64,000 nt of DNA from Parasitella parasitica NRRL 2501 (Eukaryota; Fungi; Mucoromycota): the NCBI GenBank assembly GCA_025201805.1, contig MU619243.1, positions 1 through 64,000 of the forward strand, given 5' to 3'. Below the pieces are notes generated by a model. It saw nothing but the letters and a program-made list of their open reading frames with translations, did not search any database and had not been told where the DNA came from. A program made the position numbers and the translations under genes. This document shows, piece after piece, positions 36,074 to 49,516 of the stretch (position 1 is the stretch's first letter; each line of letters opens with the position of its first letter).

Positions 36074-38712
36074 ATGCCAGGAAGACTAAAAAAAGATACA
36101 ATCGAATAGCTTTAATAAACTCATAACACTATCGCAATTCAATAGGACGTAATCAAAACAATATAAATGGTTTAAGGGAGAGTAATGCATCAATTTCTCT
36201 TCCTCTGCCTCAAGTACCATCGCAATACATGAGTGCAATGACAGTGTCTATGCTTATTGCCAAGCGGCCGAAAACAGCTACCCAATAAACGGCTGAGAGT
36301 CTTGAACAAGTTTGGCCAAAAGACACATCAAAGTCTTATACAAATAGACACGAAGAATCTCTAGGAGGGTGTGAAAAGTATTGTCCACCGGGTCCATTAA
36401 ACGAAATCCTTGATGATAAAAAGCTAAATTTTTTTTTAACATACTCAGGTATGGGTTGAAACTAAAATGCTTGCCCTTTTTTCTTTCTAATTATGCATAA
36501 AAATTTAGGTTGTTAGTTGGAGTATAAAATATTTTTGGTGACCAATTACTCAATTGAACTAAACGCCAACAAACATCAAATGAAAGCGGTAATCCGATCT
36601 CTACTTCCTCCACAGAGGAAACCCATCTATTTCCCGGCGACTACGATCTTCTTCAGATTGACAAAGTACCTAGTGAAGTTTTCGATAACAATCATGTAAG
36701 AGATAAATTGCTGAAGCGTGCTGCCTCAACTTTTTCTACAAATGTTAAGCGTGTGGGTCTTTCTACTGTCAAAATGTAGATTTCTGCTGCTGTTGATCTC
36801 CATAACAAACAACCAATGAATAATTCACACAGCACTTGCCTTCACACTCATGGTAAGCTTGTTGATGCTCTTCCTCAAGTATGAAGAACAAAAGCATAAA
36901 CGGGAAAATTATGCGGATCGTGGAGTGGGTACTGTGGCTGATGGGTACTCTACTACTGCTGAAATGGGAGGCTTGTGGAGCGTTACTTCCGTAAAAAATA
37001 CCCAAAAGGGCTTACATAATAGTGCTGCTTTTTTATTGCAACATCATGGGTTACTTTGTGAGGAAAGCTTGCGTATGATGAAGTTTCCAGACCTGCAATG
37101 TATGCTATTAGAAAATGAGGGGATCAGCCCATGTTATGCGCTCATTATGGTATTAAAACAAGGCAAAACAAATCAAGAAGGCCGTTTGGAGTTTACTGCT
37201 TCTTTACGTAACAAGAATGTAAACATTTGTCCTCAAATGCTATTCTCTTTTTATCTAATTTATCGTTTGCATATCGTAAGTGAACCTTTTCTTAAATTCA
37301 ATGAGAATCGTGATTGGTTTGATTTTAAATTAACGAGATCAAGAAACGACCCAAAGACCTTTATCTCATGCGGTCACTATCTTAACTGTACAAAAGAAGC
37401 ATTCAAAACTGTTGGTCTTAATAACAAAGCAAAAACTGATGCAATGAGGGGCTCTGGTTCAAGAATGCCGAGATCTTCGGTACAAATAAAGCAGCCATCC
37501 AGCGCCTTCTGGGTCGCTGGAACAATTCAGCATTGACGTCGAACTATCTAACCCAGTTCCCAAGAGAAGCTTTGAGAACGTCAACAAGTTTCACAAGAGC
37601 TGCTCAAGAAGATATTTTCTCGAGTTGATTATTGATTAGAAAAGATTAACAAGGAGGAAGTATTGAAAACTTCGATGGATTTTTGCTCTGGTCTAATTAC
37701 GGGTGTTGAATTTTTTCAGGACTCAGTAGATATGAAAAAAAAAACTTATCCTGATCATGCACTTTGGTATGATACATTGCTTCAAGATAAATTGTATTTA
37801 CAATTTGAACGGTATGTAGAAACTAACGTCTTCAAATTAATATAGAAGAAGCTTATTATTTTTTTGCATTTTTATATAAATTTTAGCGATTTGAATCATA
37901 CTCTCGAGAATATCAAAATATCTGGTGATTTCTTACTTTATAGATTAATACCACAAGTTGAAAATTACTTCAAAAATTGGAAGAATCAAATATCTACTTT
38001 TTCTGTGGTAGTTCAATATCTTATTACTCTATGTCAACGCTTCCAATCTTTTCCAGCTGAATTTTTCGGCATCTTACCGTTCAATGATGTAGCAGTGGAA
38101 CAAACTTGTGACACAGGGTGCTACTTTAAATGTTCGCTTGAATACTCAAGATGCCATGTACTTTGAGCAGCAATCAGGGCTTCCAAGAAGTGAATCTTTT
38201 GGAGTCCAGGTAAATAATGAAGGATCATCTTCACGATCAGCATCAACAGAAGAAACATCAGCAGCACTATCAACTAATAGGGAAAATCGACATCCACATT
38301 GTCTCTTTCTCTCCTACTAACAGCACTCTAACATCCCAGTCAGTACCTTCCTCCAACACTCAACACCTTCAGAAGCAGTAGGAACCGAACGACTTGATAT
38401 CACAATTCAAGCTTTCAAGAATGCCGAAAAACTACCTGCTCTTTGGCGTATTTGGTTTGATGGTCTTCCCGGTTATCATCCAGTGTGTAAACTTGATAGA
38501 GTACATGGAGTAAAAAATTGGAGAGGATCTTCAGGTCTTTTAAATTTCTACTAGCACCGTCAAAAAGTGATAAAGCGAATGGAAATATTTATGCGTAGTA
38601 GAAACTACAATGAAAGTAATTGAAATGAGGCAATCAAAATACTAGAGGAAAAAGCATCCGCAATGAAAATGTTGCAATAAGCATTCAAAAAATATTGATG
38701 AGTTCTTTAGTT
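36074..38712 (+). mobile_element. Degenerate Crypton (tyrosine-recombinase DNA transposon; NDC10_II and GCR1_C domains)
   Basis: HGLLCEESLR...LIMVLKQGKTNQEGRLEF...RNKNVNICP; KTDAMRGSGSR; frameshifted LGRWN...NYL; C-terminal LWRIWFDGLPGYHPVCKLDRVHGVKNWR; multiple stops and frameshifts; ends approximate. Confidence 0.87.
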
Positions 38713-38946
38713 AAAAATTATATACACATGTTTCTTCTAATATATCATCTCAGTACTAGTTTTTTATAGTATTCTTCCCAAAACAAAAAGGCCAGGTCTT
38801 AAGAGAGTGAATTAACGCATCTAATAATTTTTCAAATCTACTACGTAATTTCTGATTTCAAGTAATTTAAAAAGGAGCCGTGGATTTTTGTTTACTAAAG
38901 GTTGTTCTATTATCAATATCATAAATGTTTAATACCGTAAAAGGTT

Positions 38947-40317
38947 TTACCATGATAGTTTGGCAAAAACAGGACGATGATCGCTGATATAAAGCCCATC
39001 ATCGAACCTATTACAAAGAATAGCAGACTGAAGCACTCGAACATTTACGGTATCACTTTCAAGAGGCATGATAAAATCGATACGAATAGGGGATCTGTCA
39101 AAATCCTGCGTACCTTCGCCAAAGCTGGTGAGGGTGTTTCTGTAGCCATATGGACCACTTAACGTGCCAGGCCTTCCCTTCGATTGAAGTCGACTTATCA
39201 ATTCATAATGGGCATCTAAAAAGTATTTCCCATTTAATTGATCCAGCTCTTTCTGTTCCTCTTGTTTCCTCAGATTTGCGAGGATTTGATCTGGTCGAAT
39301 AACGCGATGTGTAGGTAACGTAATATGGTTTTCTTGTACTCTTACGGGTTCGCCCGATTTCTCAGAGTAGGCAGATGCACAGACTTGGTTCAATTCTTGT
39401 AAATTTGCAAGTGTGTCGTTGCACCCCTTTGACACCTTATACTTGCCATTAGTCAAACAAAGATACGCTGGATCTTCTTCTGTAGAATTGAGGTCTCCCA
39501 ACAAAATGACAGCACCTTTCTCGCTGGCTTCCCGAGCTCTCTCTATAATTAACCTTGATCCTTCTTCTCTAGATTGAATACCAACATGATCCATATGTGT
39601 ATTAAATACTGTAAACACTGCGTCATTCTTTCTGAATCTTTGAGAATAAATCAAGTCAGCATTTCTGATCTGTTTCGCACTTCAGAATACTAAACGTACG
39701 TTACTTGCGTCGCCGTGCGAGGATGTCTAGCATCCCAGCTAATGCTTCCAGCAACATCTGGTTGCTATAGTGATTGCGTTTTAGCATTTGCTGATGATAA
39801 TTCAAGTGATATTCACATATGCATACCTCTGATAACCAGATTGTTTTCCAATCATCGACTTTCAAAATTTCGCTAAAACGGAAGAAATTTAATAGTTATT
39901 TCTGGACACGCCTTGTGAATCATTTCCGCTGGAAGCTCACCTTTTGTAGAAAACAGCAGAGAATTCTCCCTCTTTATCACCATCCAGGCGGCCTGCGCCA
40001 ACCCATTTATATTCATCATCCAAAAGCGCTTCTATGTCCTGTAATTGATGATACACTGGTTCCTTTTTGCTTATGTATAAGTAAACATTGCTGTCATTCT
40101 CATTATTTAATACCTGCAACGCTAAAATATCGGGAGAGTAGAGCAAGATGGTATCAACAATTTTCCATTTTCTAATAGACCAAGGTTGCTCGCCTTCAAA
40201 TTCTTCGTTTTCTAAAGGATTTTCTTTTGAAGGAGGTGCAGCAAAAATTGTTGTTGGAGAATGATCATGATGATCATGTCTCACATTGAATGTCATGAAA
40301 TTAATTGTTCCTGCCAT
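38947..40317 (-). CDS. Endonuclease/exonuclease/phosphatase (EEP) family protein, multi-exon
   Basis: MTFNVR, DILALQ|E, GAGRLDG, FNTHMDH, LLGDLN, RIDFI, ISDHRPV. Confidence 0.92.
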
Positions 40318-40539
40318 AGTAGAAGCTGTATATATTTATAACAAGGAAAGCAAAAGGCAAAATCAAATTGAAAGCGACGCGGAATCCAAAACATTTTTGT
40401 AAGGCTTTGCCAAAACATGCAGCGCTCACCACTAGCGTCAAAAACTCATCCTGGTCAATATGATGTAGTCTGTATATAAATATGAGAGTTTTTTTTTTCT
40501 TTTATTTGAATAAATGTATAAATGCCGTAATAAATAAAT

Positions 40540-40931
40540 TTAAGCTGATTTCTCCAAAGCCTTTTGAGCCTCAAAAGCATCACCGTAAATCAATTCGTAC
40601 CTCTTCTTGGTTTCCTCATCCAAAGTCTGTGCTCTGCCTCTACGTTCATAGTTGACCATATATCTATCAGACTTGTATGCACCTCCACCTAAACCAAAGC
40701 ACATGACAATATAAAACTAATTATTCATGGTTAAATACCCACGAAAACGTACAAATTACACAAATATCTTACCTTATTTACAGTTTGAGTCTTTCGATAC
40801 CAAGGCATAAAGGAATAAAGCAAGCCAGAAACAAACAAGCCTACACCAGCCCATTGAGCAGTGCCAATGGCAAAGCCCTTCATAGCATAACGGCCAGCGT
40901 TCTCTTGTTCGGCGTTAGTTACAACTCTCAT
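40540..40931 (-). CDS. Small two-TM membrane protein (possibly mitochondrial HIG1/Rcf-like), 2 exons
   Basis: MRVVTNAEQENAGRYAMKGFAIG...WYRKTQTVNK|FYIVMCFGLGGGAYKSDRYMVNYERR...EKSA*; canonical intron. Family call tentative. Confidence 0.7.
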
Positions 40932-41400
40932 GATTGTATTGTTTTTAAATTAAATTTGATGAAAAATAGAAAGAAAAAGAGCCAACTTCTTCAAAAGCTT
41001 CAACATGAGCTATATTATTGTCTCGGATTCGGAGTTGTTCCTGGTTGATATATGTTGGTTGGTTGCAACAACATCGTATCATAATTTAAAACAATTTCCC
41101 GGGGTATTTTAATTCATTCTGTAGGCTTATTAATAAAACTTTAGCCATTGCCGGAACAGCCTTCCTTCTCGATCCCGATACTGCTGCGCATACTTTCTCG
41201 TTTAATATATGGTATACACATAAAAAAGCACAATTTGACACATCAAGCCAAAATATGCTGGTAAATTAGATCTGATTATTGCCATGACCCTACTATTCGA
41301 GGAATGGAGACAAAATCTCATAAAGCTACTCGATCACATTGATTGTGCCAGGTATATTGCATATTTATTGGTACAAATCAAATCATTAGTTACTATAATA

Positions 41401-43758
41401 TCATGAATGATAAGTTTGATGGTATGTCACGCCTATTAAACTACCAGAAAAGGGCTGAGAGGATAAGGGTTGCGGATGCGGTTGAGATTGAGGTTGCGGC
41501 TGAGGAAATCCTATTGAATCATTACACGGAGGATAAAAAGTTGATTGTTGATGATGCAAATTAGCGTACGAATGGTTATGATTGATATAAGGAAGAGGCT
41601 GAGGTTGGTGATGGTGAGTTTGGTGTTGCTGTTGTGGCATTGGCATGGGACTACTATAGTAATTGTAAAATTCGGGTTGAGAAGGAGAGAAGGAATACGT
41701 ATAGTGAGATTGTTCGTGCTGATGCAGGTCCAGGCGATGAGGCGGCAAGTTATTGGCAGCATCATTAGCTACACCACTAAAGTGAGGTGTAGGCATCATA
41801 AAACCACCAGCATGGCTTGGAGTAGGAGATGGTTGAGGTGGAATCTGAGGCAATACAGCGGTTAGCGCAGTATCTTGATTTCGTACAACCCAGCGAACCG
41901 ATTCCTGTCTTCCAACGCCAACATGGCTTTGTGCAGTGCTTGTGCTGGCGGAAGGATGTAACGATGCTACACTATCATGTCTAGAAATCAATGAGGATGT
42001 CGATCGGTAATTGTTGTAGATGTCGGAGGGACGCATCTTGATTATAGAAGCTTTGTACGAAGGAGATGTTGGAGGTTGTTGTTGTTGTACCGATGTTGAA
42101 TGTTCAGAAGGCGGTATATTGGTGGCCAAACTCTGATTGAGATGAAATGGAGGCTGATTGTTGTCTAAATAAAGGGGCTTCGGTGAAGAAGGTTCTTCTC
42201 CTGCTTTTGAGGCGTTTTCTAATTTGGGTGTTGGAAGAGGCATGGTACTCTTATTAGGAATTATATCTTGTGGTGTAGAGAGCAGTTCAGCTTGGTGTTG
42301 TTCGTCTAGAGCAGGCAGAGGAATAGGTTTTTCAATTGAACTAAAAGATATTTTAGATGCTGTCGAAGTGGGGTCAATGCGAGCAATTGGATTTGCATGC
42401 TGTATAGATGGGGGTTGTTGCATTGGCACGGGCGAATGGATCTCTGAATCCAGATCCAATTCCTTCATTCTTTCAGCTACTTGATCGTATTCAAATGAAT
42501 TGCTGGTATCATCGAAGTGTGATGCATTGTCAATGCTGCCATCTAACTCCTCCTCATCATCATCGTCAATGTTGAAAGCAAGTTTGGGGTATGTTCCGAC
42601 CACAAATGGAACATTGAATATAACAATATCGCCTGCTGTCTCGGGACGAAGCGGATTTTCTTCATTCAAGTTGATAGACACGCGCAAACTGTACTCGATT
42701 TTGAACGTTAAACCAGATTCACCGACTGTAGGGCAAATATTGGATGGGATCGGCAATTGCATATCAAAGGTCCTTGTAAAACTTGTAGGGCCAGGTATTT
42801 CAATGTTCGAGTCGACTTGACGAATGACTTTTGGGCCAAACAGTTCTGATCTAATGTTGCACCAAATGTTACTATTTATACATAAATGTGCCTTTTTGTG
42901 TGAAGCTTACTTGTTTTTACCATAGTAGACTGATCGTAGCAGTTGAATTGACAGAGCTTTATCTCTTACCATGACGCCAATATGCTGTATAGTTACTGCA
43001 ATAGATACAATATCGCCTAGGTTTCATGTCAGCTTATCATGCTCATAATATGCGTGATACGTATTACCTTTCACTGCGGCACGCTTTGCTACAATAGTCG
43101 AAACCTTGACCTTTCTAGTCTTTTCTCCACTCAGCAGTAATTCCTTTTCAATTCGTTGTTCCCCAGCATATTGAGCTTTATCCACATTGATATCCTCTAG
43201 AATGTTGATGGATATACTTGATGTAGGACAAAACTTTTCCAAAACCGAAAACGCCTTGTTGTAAATGGCTACTAAACGATAGCTTACTTTTAACAGTTTA
43301 GTAATCTACGGTCCTCACGTGTTAGATCCAGAAATGCTAGCGAGCAGCTCAAATGATAGTATCTTACTTCTAGTGTGCTTGGCATTTTACACTCCTTTGA
43401 GCTAGGGATTGCAATTCGAAATGGGAACCTATGTGTATGAGATTCGAGATAATGCGATCTTTGATCCCCTTCTGGTGATTCGGCCATGAGGACAGACTTG
43501 GAAAACAGAGAGATGCTTCGACCTCCAATCTCAACATTGCCTTCCAATATTAATTTAATGTTGTTTGTCTTGGTAGCCTTTTTTAAATCAAGGACCACAT
43601 CACCTAGGTAATGAAGATATTTGTGTGGTTTAGTATGTGCTTGCGATACTCAATTTTCGATGCCATTTACCCAAGATATCTTCTCCAGGAATATAGTATC
43701 TTTCTTGAGAGAGCTCAATATAAAACTCATTTTCTTTACTTTTAAACAAATCTGTCAT
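41401..43758 (-). CDS. Arrestin-domain protein (alpha-arrestin-like) with long Pro/Gln/Ser tail, multi-exon
   Basis: YYIPGEDILGDVVLDL, HRFPFRIAIP...MPSTLE, IEYSLRVSINL, FNVPFVVGT. Confidence 0.88.
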
Positions 43759-43938
43759 TATGCAGTGCAATTATAAAAACAGAGAGGAATGAAGAAAAAG
43801 AAAAAAATGTGCTTTGAAGAAACCTGATAAGATTATATGTTACACGCCATTTTGCTTTGGTGACTCGTCGGTGGTTGCGTTTAGTCTGAGTAACAGCTTT
43901 ATTGCATCCTTCCCTGACACTTTTTTCTGCAACTAAAC

Positions 43939-44620
43939 ATGGCAGCTTTACTTCAACTACAACGTCGCCAGTTTTTCACAATATCCAACATCCTAAGTTC
44001 AAGGAAGCAATATGCAGAAAGAAAGTTACTAAGGTGAGTTTTCTTCATCGCCCCCGCCCCCGCCCCCGCTCCCTAGCAACATTTCCCTCTCTCTAATCAG
44101 CACACAAGTTTTTCGCAAAATCAGCTGTATACGGTCGTTTCCAATGTGAATGATTATTATCAATTTATACCTTTCTGTAATCATTCTCATGTATATACCA
44201 ACACGCTCATGAGTAACGGAACAAATGTCTTGGAGGCAGAGCTTGGCGTAGGATTTAAATTGTTTCAGGAAAAGTACATGTCGAAAGTAACATGTCAAAG
44301 GCCTTCTGTAGTACAGGTAAATGCTTGATATTTTGTTGCCATGGAAACACCGAGATTCATTTTTTGCATAGGCTGTTGCTGCAGATGCCAAATTGTTCAA
44401 CGATATGACAACCACTTGGAAATTCACCCCCAATGTTCCAAGGTCCAGGCTAAACGATTCTTCTGCTGCGGATCATCCTACTTGCTGGGTAGACTTTGAC
44501 ATTTCGTTTGATTTTGCTTCTCCATTGCATGCTCAAGCATCATCTGTATTCTTTGATCAGGTATCAAAGATGATGCTACAGGCATTTGTCGAAAGATGCC
44601 ATGCCATTTACAAAAAATAG
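43939..44620 (+). CDS. COQ10: Coenzyme Q-binding START-domain protein Coq10, 3 exons
   Basis: Presequence-like N-terminus; YAERKLL, LYTVVSNVNDYYQFIPFCNHS, AELGVGF..FQEKYMSKV, F.FASPLHA, MLQAFVERC. Confidence 0.92.
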
Positions 44621-44817
44621 AGAGATTGCCGTCAATAGACTATAGAAATTTATGAAAAAAAAAAATATCTTGTTGCCACGCAGTAGCATGCCCTTATTTG
44701 TTGTCCTGACTCTTTTGAAGCAACAACTTCCTGCAAACACTAATAAAACCATCCCAGTGCTTGTGCAGTATCGAACCATCGTGACTACTTGATGCCGTCA
44801 TTGTAGAGCAGTGCAGG

Positions 44818-44825
44818 TACGCGTC
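44818..44825 (+). promoter_or_regulatory. Candidate cis-element TACGCGTC upstream of PUP2
   Basis: Shared with the RPT4 promoter at near-identical spacing. Confidence 0.4.
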
Positions 44826-44907
44826 GCCTTCTATACCAAGAAATCTAATACTTGAAAGGTGCTGTTTCGTTTTTCTCTATATTGTCTATTCTTTCTTTTT
44901 GATATAA

Positions 44908-45899
<992 letters not shown>

Positions 45900-45987
45900 A
45901 AATGCAACCTTTTTGGAATAATAATAATAAAAAATAAAAAAATAATGTAAAAGAAGAGATAATTAGAAAGTGCTTTATTATGGGCTA

Positions 45988-47034
45988 TTAGTTATAAGAG
46001 GTACGGCTATAAAAGACAACAAATATAAATGTTAGTAGGATAGTAAGCGAATCCATTCGATGATTTAAATGAGAAAAACCATCATTTGAGAATACTCCAA
46101 TTTGCCCTAAACCCCCCAAGTCTTGAGAGTATCCTAAAGCAGGAGTGTTTGCTGACATATCCAACGAAGGTACTGGTGAGGCAATGGGTAATGCAATGGG
46201 CGCTTCAGGCTGACCACGATGATGTGGGCTTGCTACTTCAACTGTTGGTATTGAAGTTGAACCTGTTGTAGTTTGTGGAGTACTCGGAACGGAAGCCGGT
46301 TGCTGAGGTGATTGTTGTTGAGGAGGAGCAGGAGGAGGAGGAGCAGGAGGATTTGGTTGTGCTGGCGCTGGCACTGGGGCGGGTGCGGGTGCAGGTGCGG
46401 GCGCTGGTGCTGGCGCAGGCGCAGGTGTGGGTGGTTGTGGTTGTGCAGGTTGTGCTGGCGGAGGGTTTTGTTGCTTTGAAGTTACAGGAGGAGATGGGAG
46501 AGATGTAACTGTAACGGTAGCAACAGGAGGCATCGGAGGAGCATTTGTAGCTGGGACAGTAGGAGCAGAAGAATCAGGCTTCGCCTTTATGTTTTTCTTC
46601 TTGCCATCTTCTTTATCATCTTCCTTTTTCTTCTTTTTTTTTGCTGCCTGTAAATCAGGTATAGCTGTGTCTTGTTGAGACCACTCTTCTTCAGTGTCCT
46701 CAACAGGATTCAAATGCTCATCTACAATTTTTTCGGCATCATCCACTCTTTTTTGATCTTCTTCTTCGTTATCCCAAGATGGTTCTTCCAAGTCGTCATG
46801 TGGTGCTGGCGCTTTTCTAGGCTTTGTATCTAACCCTTCTTCAGTTTCAACAATTTCTATCCATTCATTATCTACTTCGTTTTCCTCTTCTTGTTGATGA
46901 CGATCGTAATCAATTACCGGCTCTTCTTCAAAATCTACTTCCCATGGTCCTTCCTCGATTTCTTCCCCATATTCACCCCATGGTTCATCCATAAATTCCT
47001 CGTCCATAATTATAATGACAAAAGGTTTGCTCAA
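45988..47034 (-). CDS. Acidic, Pro/Ala-rich protein with hydrophobic C-terminus (putative GPI- or tail-anchored); 5' end unresolved
   Basis: 348-aa ORF, (PA)n tract, C-terminal ...FSNDG...LTILLTFIFVVFY; upstream TTGCAG acceptor suggests another exon. Confidence 0.7.
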   Translation of the reverse strand: MSKPFVIIIMDEEFMDEPWGEYGEEIEEGPWEVDFEEEPVIDYDRHQQEEENEVDNEWIEIVETEEGLDTKPRKAPAPHDDLEEPSWDNEEEDQKRVDDAEKIVDEHLNPVEDTEEEWSQQDTAIPDLQAAKKKKKKEDDKEDGKKKNIKAKPDSSAPTVPATNAPPMPPVATVTVTSLPSPPVTSKQQNPPPAQPAQPQPPTPAPAPAPAPAPAPAPAPVPAPAQPNPPAPPPPAPPQQQSPQQPASVPSTPQTTTGSTSIPTVEVASPHHRGQPEAPIALPIASPVPSLDMSANTPALGYSQDLGGLGQIGVFSNDGFSHLNHRMDSLTILLTFIFVVFYSRTSYN

Positions 47035-48470
47035 GACTGCAAGACATCGAAGCTTTTTATATGTCTGTCATAGGATTGTTTGTTAGGAGCAGTTGTTTAC
47101 TTTTGAACCAACTCGAATGCCACTTTCCCGAGCACCATTTATCACCGGAATTTTGTCATCTGAGGCACAACACACAGGCATATATTTTTGCAAACAAATA
47201 TATGTGTACGTTAATGTCTCCTCTCTGCTTTTTTTCTTCTCGATATTTCGCCGCACTACAGTGGGTACACCAAAAACAAAGCCTATATCTGTGCATAATG
47301 CTGTATGATAGAGCTATTGTGGTTGCGAATATCCATCCTCATATTTTCTTATCATAGAGAGACTTTTTCAATTATTTTAAAAGATCAAGCCTTTGTGCCA
47401 TTCTTACTGCTATGAGGTTGCAATGAAAAAAGGCTTTAAAGTGAATTAATCCTGAAGTCGATCGGCCTGACTTGATTTGGAACTTTTTGTATCACTTTCC
47501 AAGTATATATTTGTAGTATACTAAATGGTTCCTCTATTCGCATGTTATTTAGAGCCATAAAAAATCTATATCTTGCATAAATGATGCTGAACGTGACAAC
47601 TTGATCGAATTTTCCTCGTGAGCCCCATACTAAATCATCAGAAGATAAGCCAAATACGCCACGCAGTAACTGTTAATTCTTGAAAGCTATTTGATGTGAT
47701 TTTAAGCTTTTGATCCGTCAAAATAATCGTTAGAGTTGCAAGAAGTTAAACTAGTGGTTGACTAAGAGGGCTAGCACAATACCTCTTGCATATTGTGAAA
47801 AAAATTATTTGTGCGTAAAAACAAAAGAAAGATGTCGCCAGGATTGACTTTAATCGCGTTTTGCAAGAAAATAAATAGGAGTGGTCAAGATTTTCAAACG
47901 AAAATTTGACTCCTCTTTACATTGCCAGAAGCGAACTTTGTGAGTGCAAGAATTAGTATGTATAGCTACCACCATGCATTCGAATGCAATTACATTTCGT
48001 TTAGCCGTCTTATTTAGATAGTTCCATAAGATTTTCTAAACCTGACCTTTAGGATAATAGCTTATTTCAATTCCGGGTCATTTGAAACAAGCATGCATGA
48101 TCTACCACTACATTTTGCATTATTGTTTTGTGTTCCAGCAAAGCAAAGCATTGTTCGTGGATCATTTGCATACTGGATACAACATATAATGAATATATCA
48201 ATTTTGTACTAATAAATATTGGAATTTTAAAATAGCTGAGGACAGACTCTTCTATATTTTGATTGTTTAGCGAACCTGGATTTCTTGGCTTACGCAACTG
48301 ATCATGGTATATCATGAGCTTTCAATTTTTTTCGGCTTTAAAATTATCGCAGCAGCAGCAGCAGAAGCGCAAAAGGCATTTCAGAACCAGCCTTCTAAAG
48401 CATTTTAAGAATGGCTGGTATTCCGCGCGCCCAAGTCGTAAGCTTTCTCCTTTTGCTATATGTACATTGC

Positions 48471-49516
48471 ATGTCTTCCAGCAAAGAAAAAGCACAAGAA
48501 TTTGAGCAGCAGTTGTCACTGGTAACAACATAATATGATTTAAGGTAGCTCTATTGATGATCCCCTAGCTCAATATCTGCTTTTTTATATTATCATAGGC
48601 CAAAAAAGATAATATCATTCGATTTAAAAACGAGCTTTTGCTCGACGAGCTAATAAAAATCGAGGTAAGATATTTAGAAATCCAAGAAAAGAAGATCATC
48701 ACATTATTATGCGCACATAACTCAACTTTCCGAATAGAAGAGTCAAGTAAGTTGGTATTGATATTTATATTAACTAGAAATGAGTCATTGAGCGATGATC
48801 CATCGCAGCAGCAATCATTATCACGCAACTTGGATGAAGCCATCAGACTAAAATATAGCCAAGTTTCCGAATTTATTACCATATCATCATTCTCCATTTC
48901 CTCGATTCATCAGACTATGCTTCAAATGGATGAAAAGAGATCCGAAATAAGGGATAAGCAATCAAAACTTGGCGTAAAAGTAGCCGAATATGTAAAGACT
49001 ATATTGGAAGTGTTAGACATTACATGGACCGTGATTGAGCAATTTAAGTACAAGGCCCAAAAAGATAAAAACATAGCATTTGATGAGCACTATGCGGCTC
49101 TGGTTGATACCTTGCTGCTCAAGGCCAAGTAAGCCCGATTTTTTTCCTAACATGTTGAAACTGCCAAGCTAATATTTGACTGCATACAGAATCCTTCAGT
49201 TGTCAGTCCTTATCGGAACCTACGATGATCCCGAATTCATTGCAGCATTAGAAACATTAAGGTATTGTTTATATTGGATTTACGACAAATTTTTTATTTG
49301 ATTATATAAAGATAATAATAATAACAATAATAATATAGAAACCTTTTGGATAAAAGATATAAAGATGCAGAAACAATGTTGGCGTATACCACACAAAAAA
49401 TAGAAGAATACAATGGAGTTGGACCAGAATTTAGAACGCTATCAGTGGCATATCAGAGGCTACTCGATAAAATCCAGGCAACAAGAGATGATATAGACAG
49501 AATAAGGAACAACTAA
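48471..49516 (+). CDS. Augmin subunit HAUS4-like coiled-coil protein, multi-exon
   Basis: Spliced C-terminus LLLKAKILQLSVLIGTYDDPEFIAALETLRNLL...EEYNGVGPEFRTLSVAYQRLL resembles the HAUS4 C-terminal pattern; splicing around 48665-48780 unresolved. Confidence 0.7.

Noticed and set aside
36850-37536. Functional Ndc10 kinetochore gene
   Set aside because: Surrounded by stops and frameshifts and fused to a GCR1_C region; better explained as a dead Crypton.
44670-44680. PACE/Rpn4 site upstream of PUP2 (TTGCCAC)
   Set aside because: Only a partial match, with no counterpart seen upstream of RPT4.
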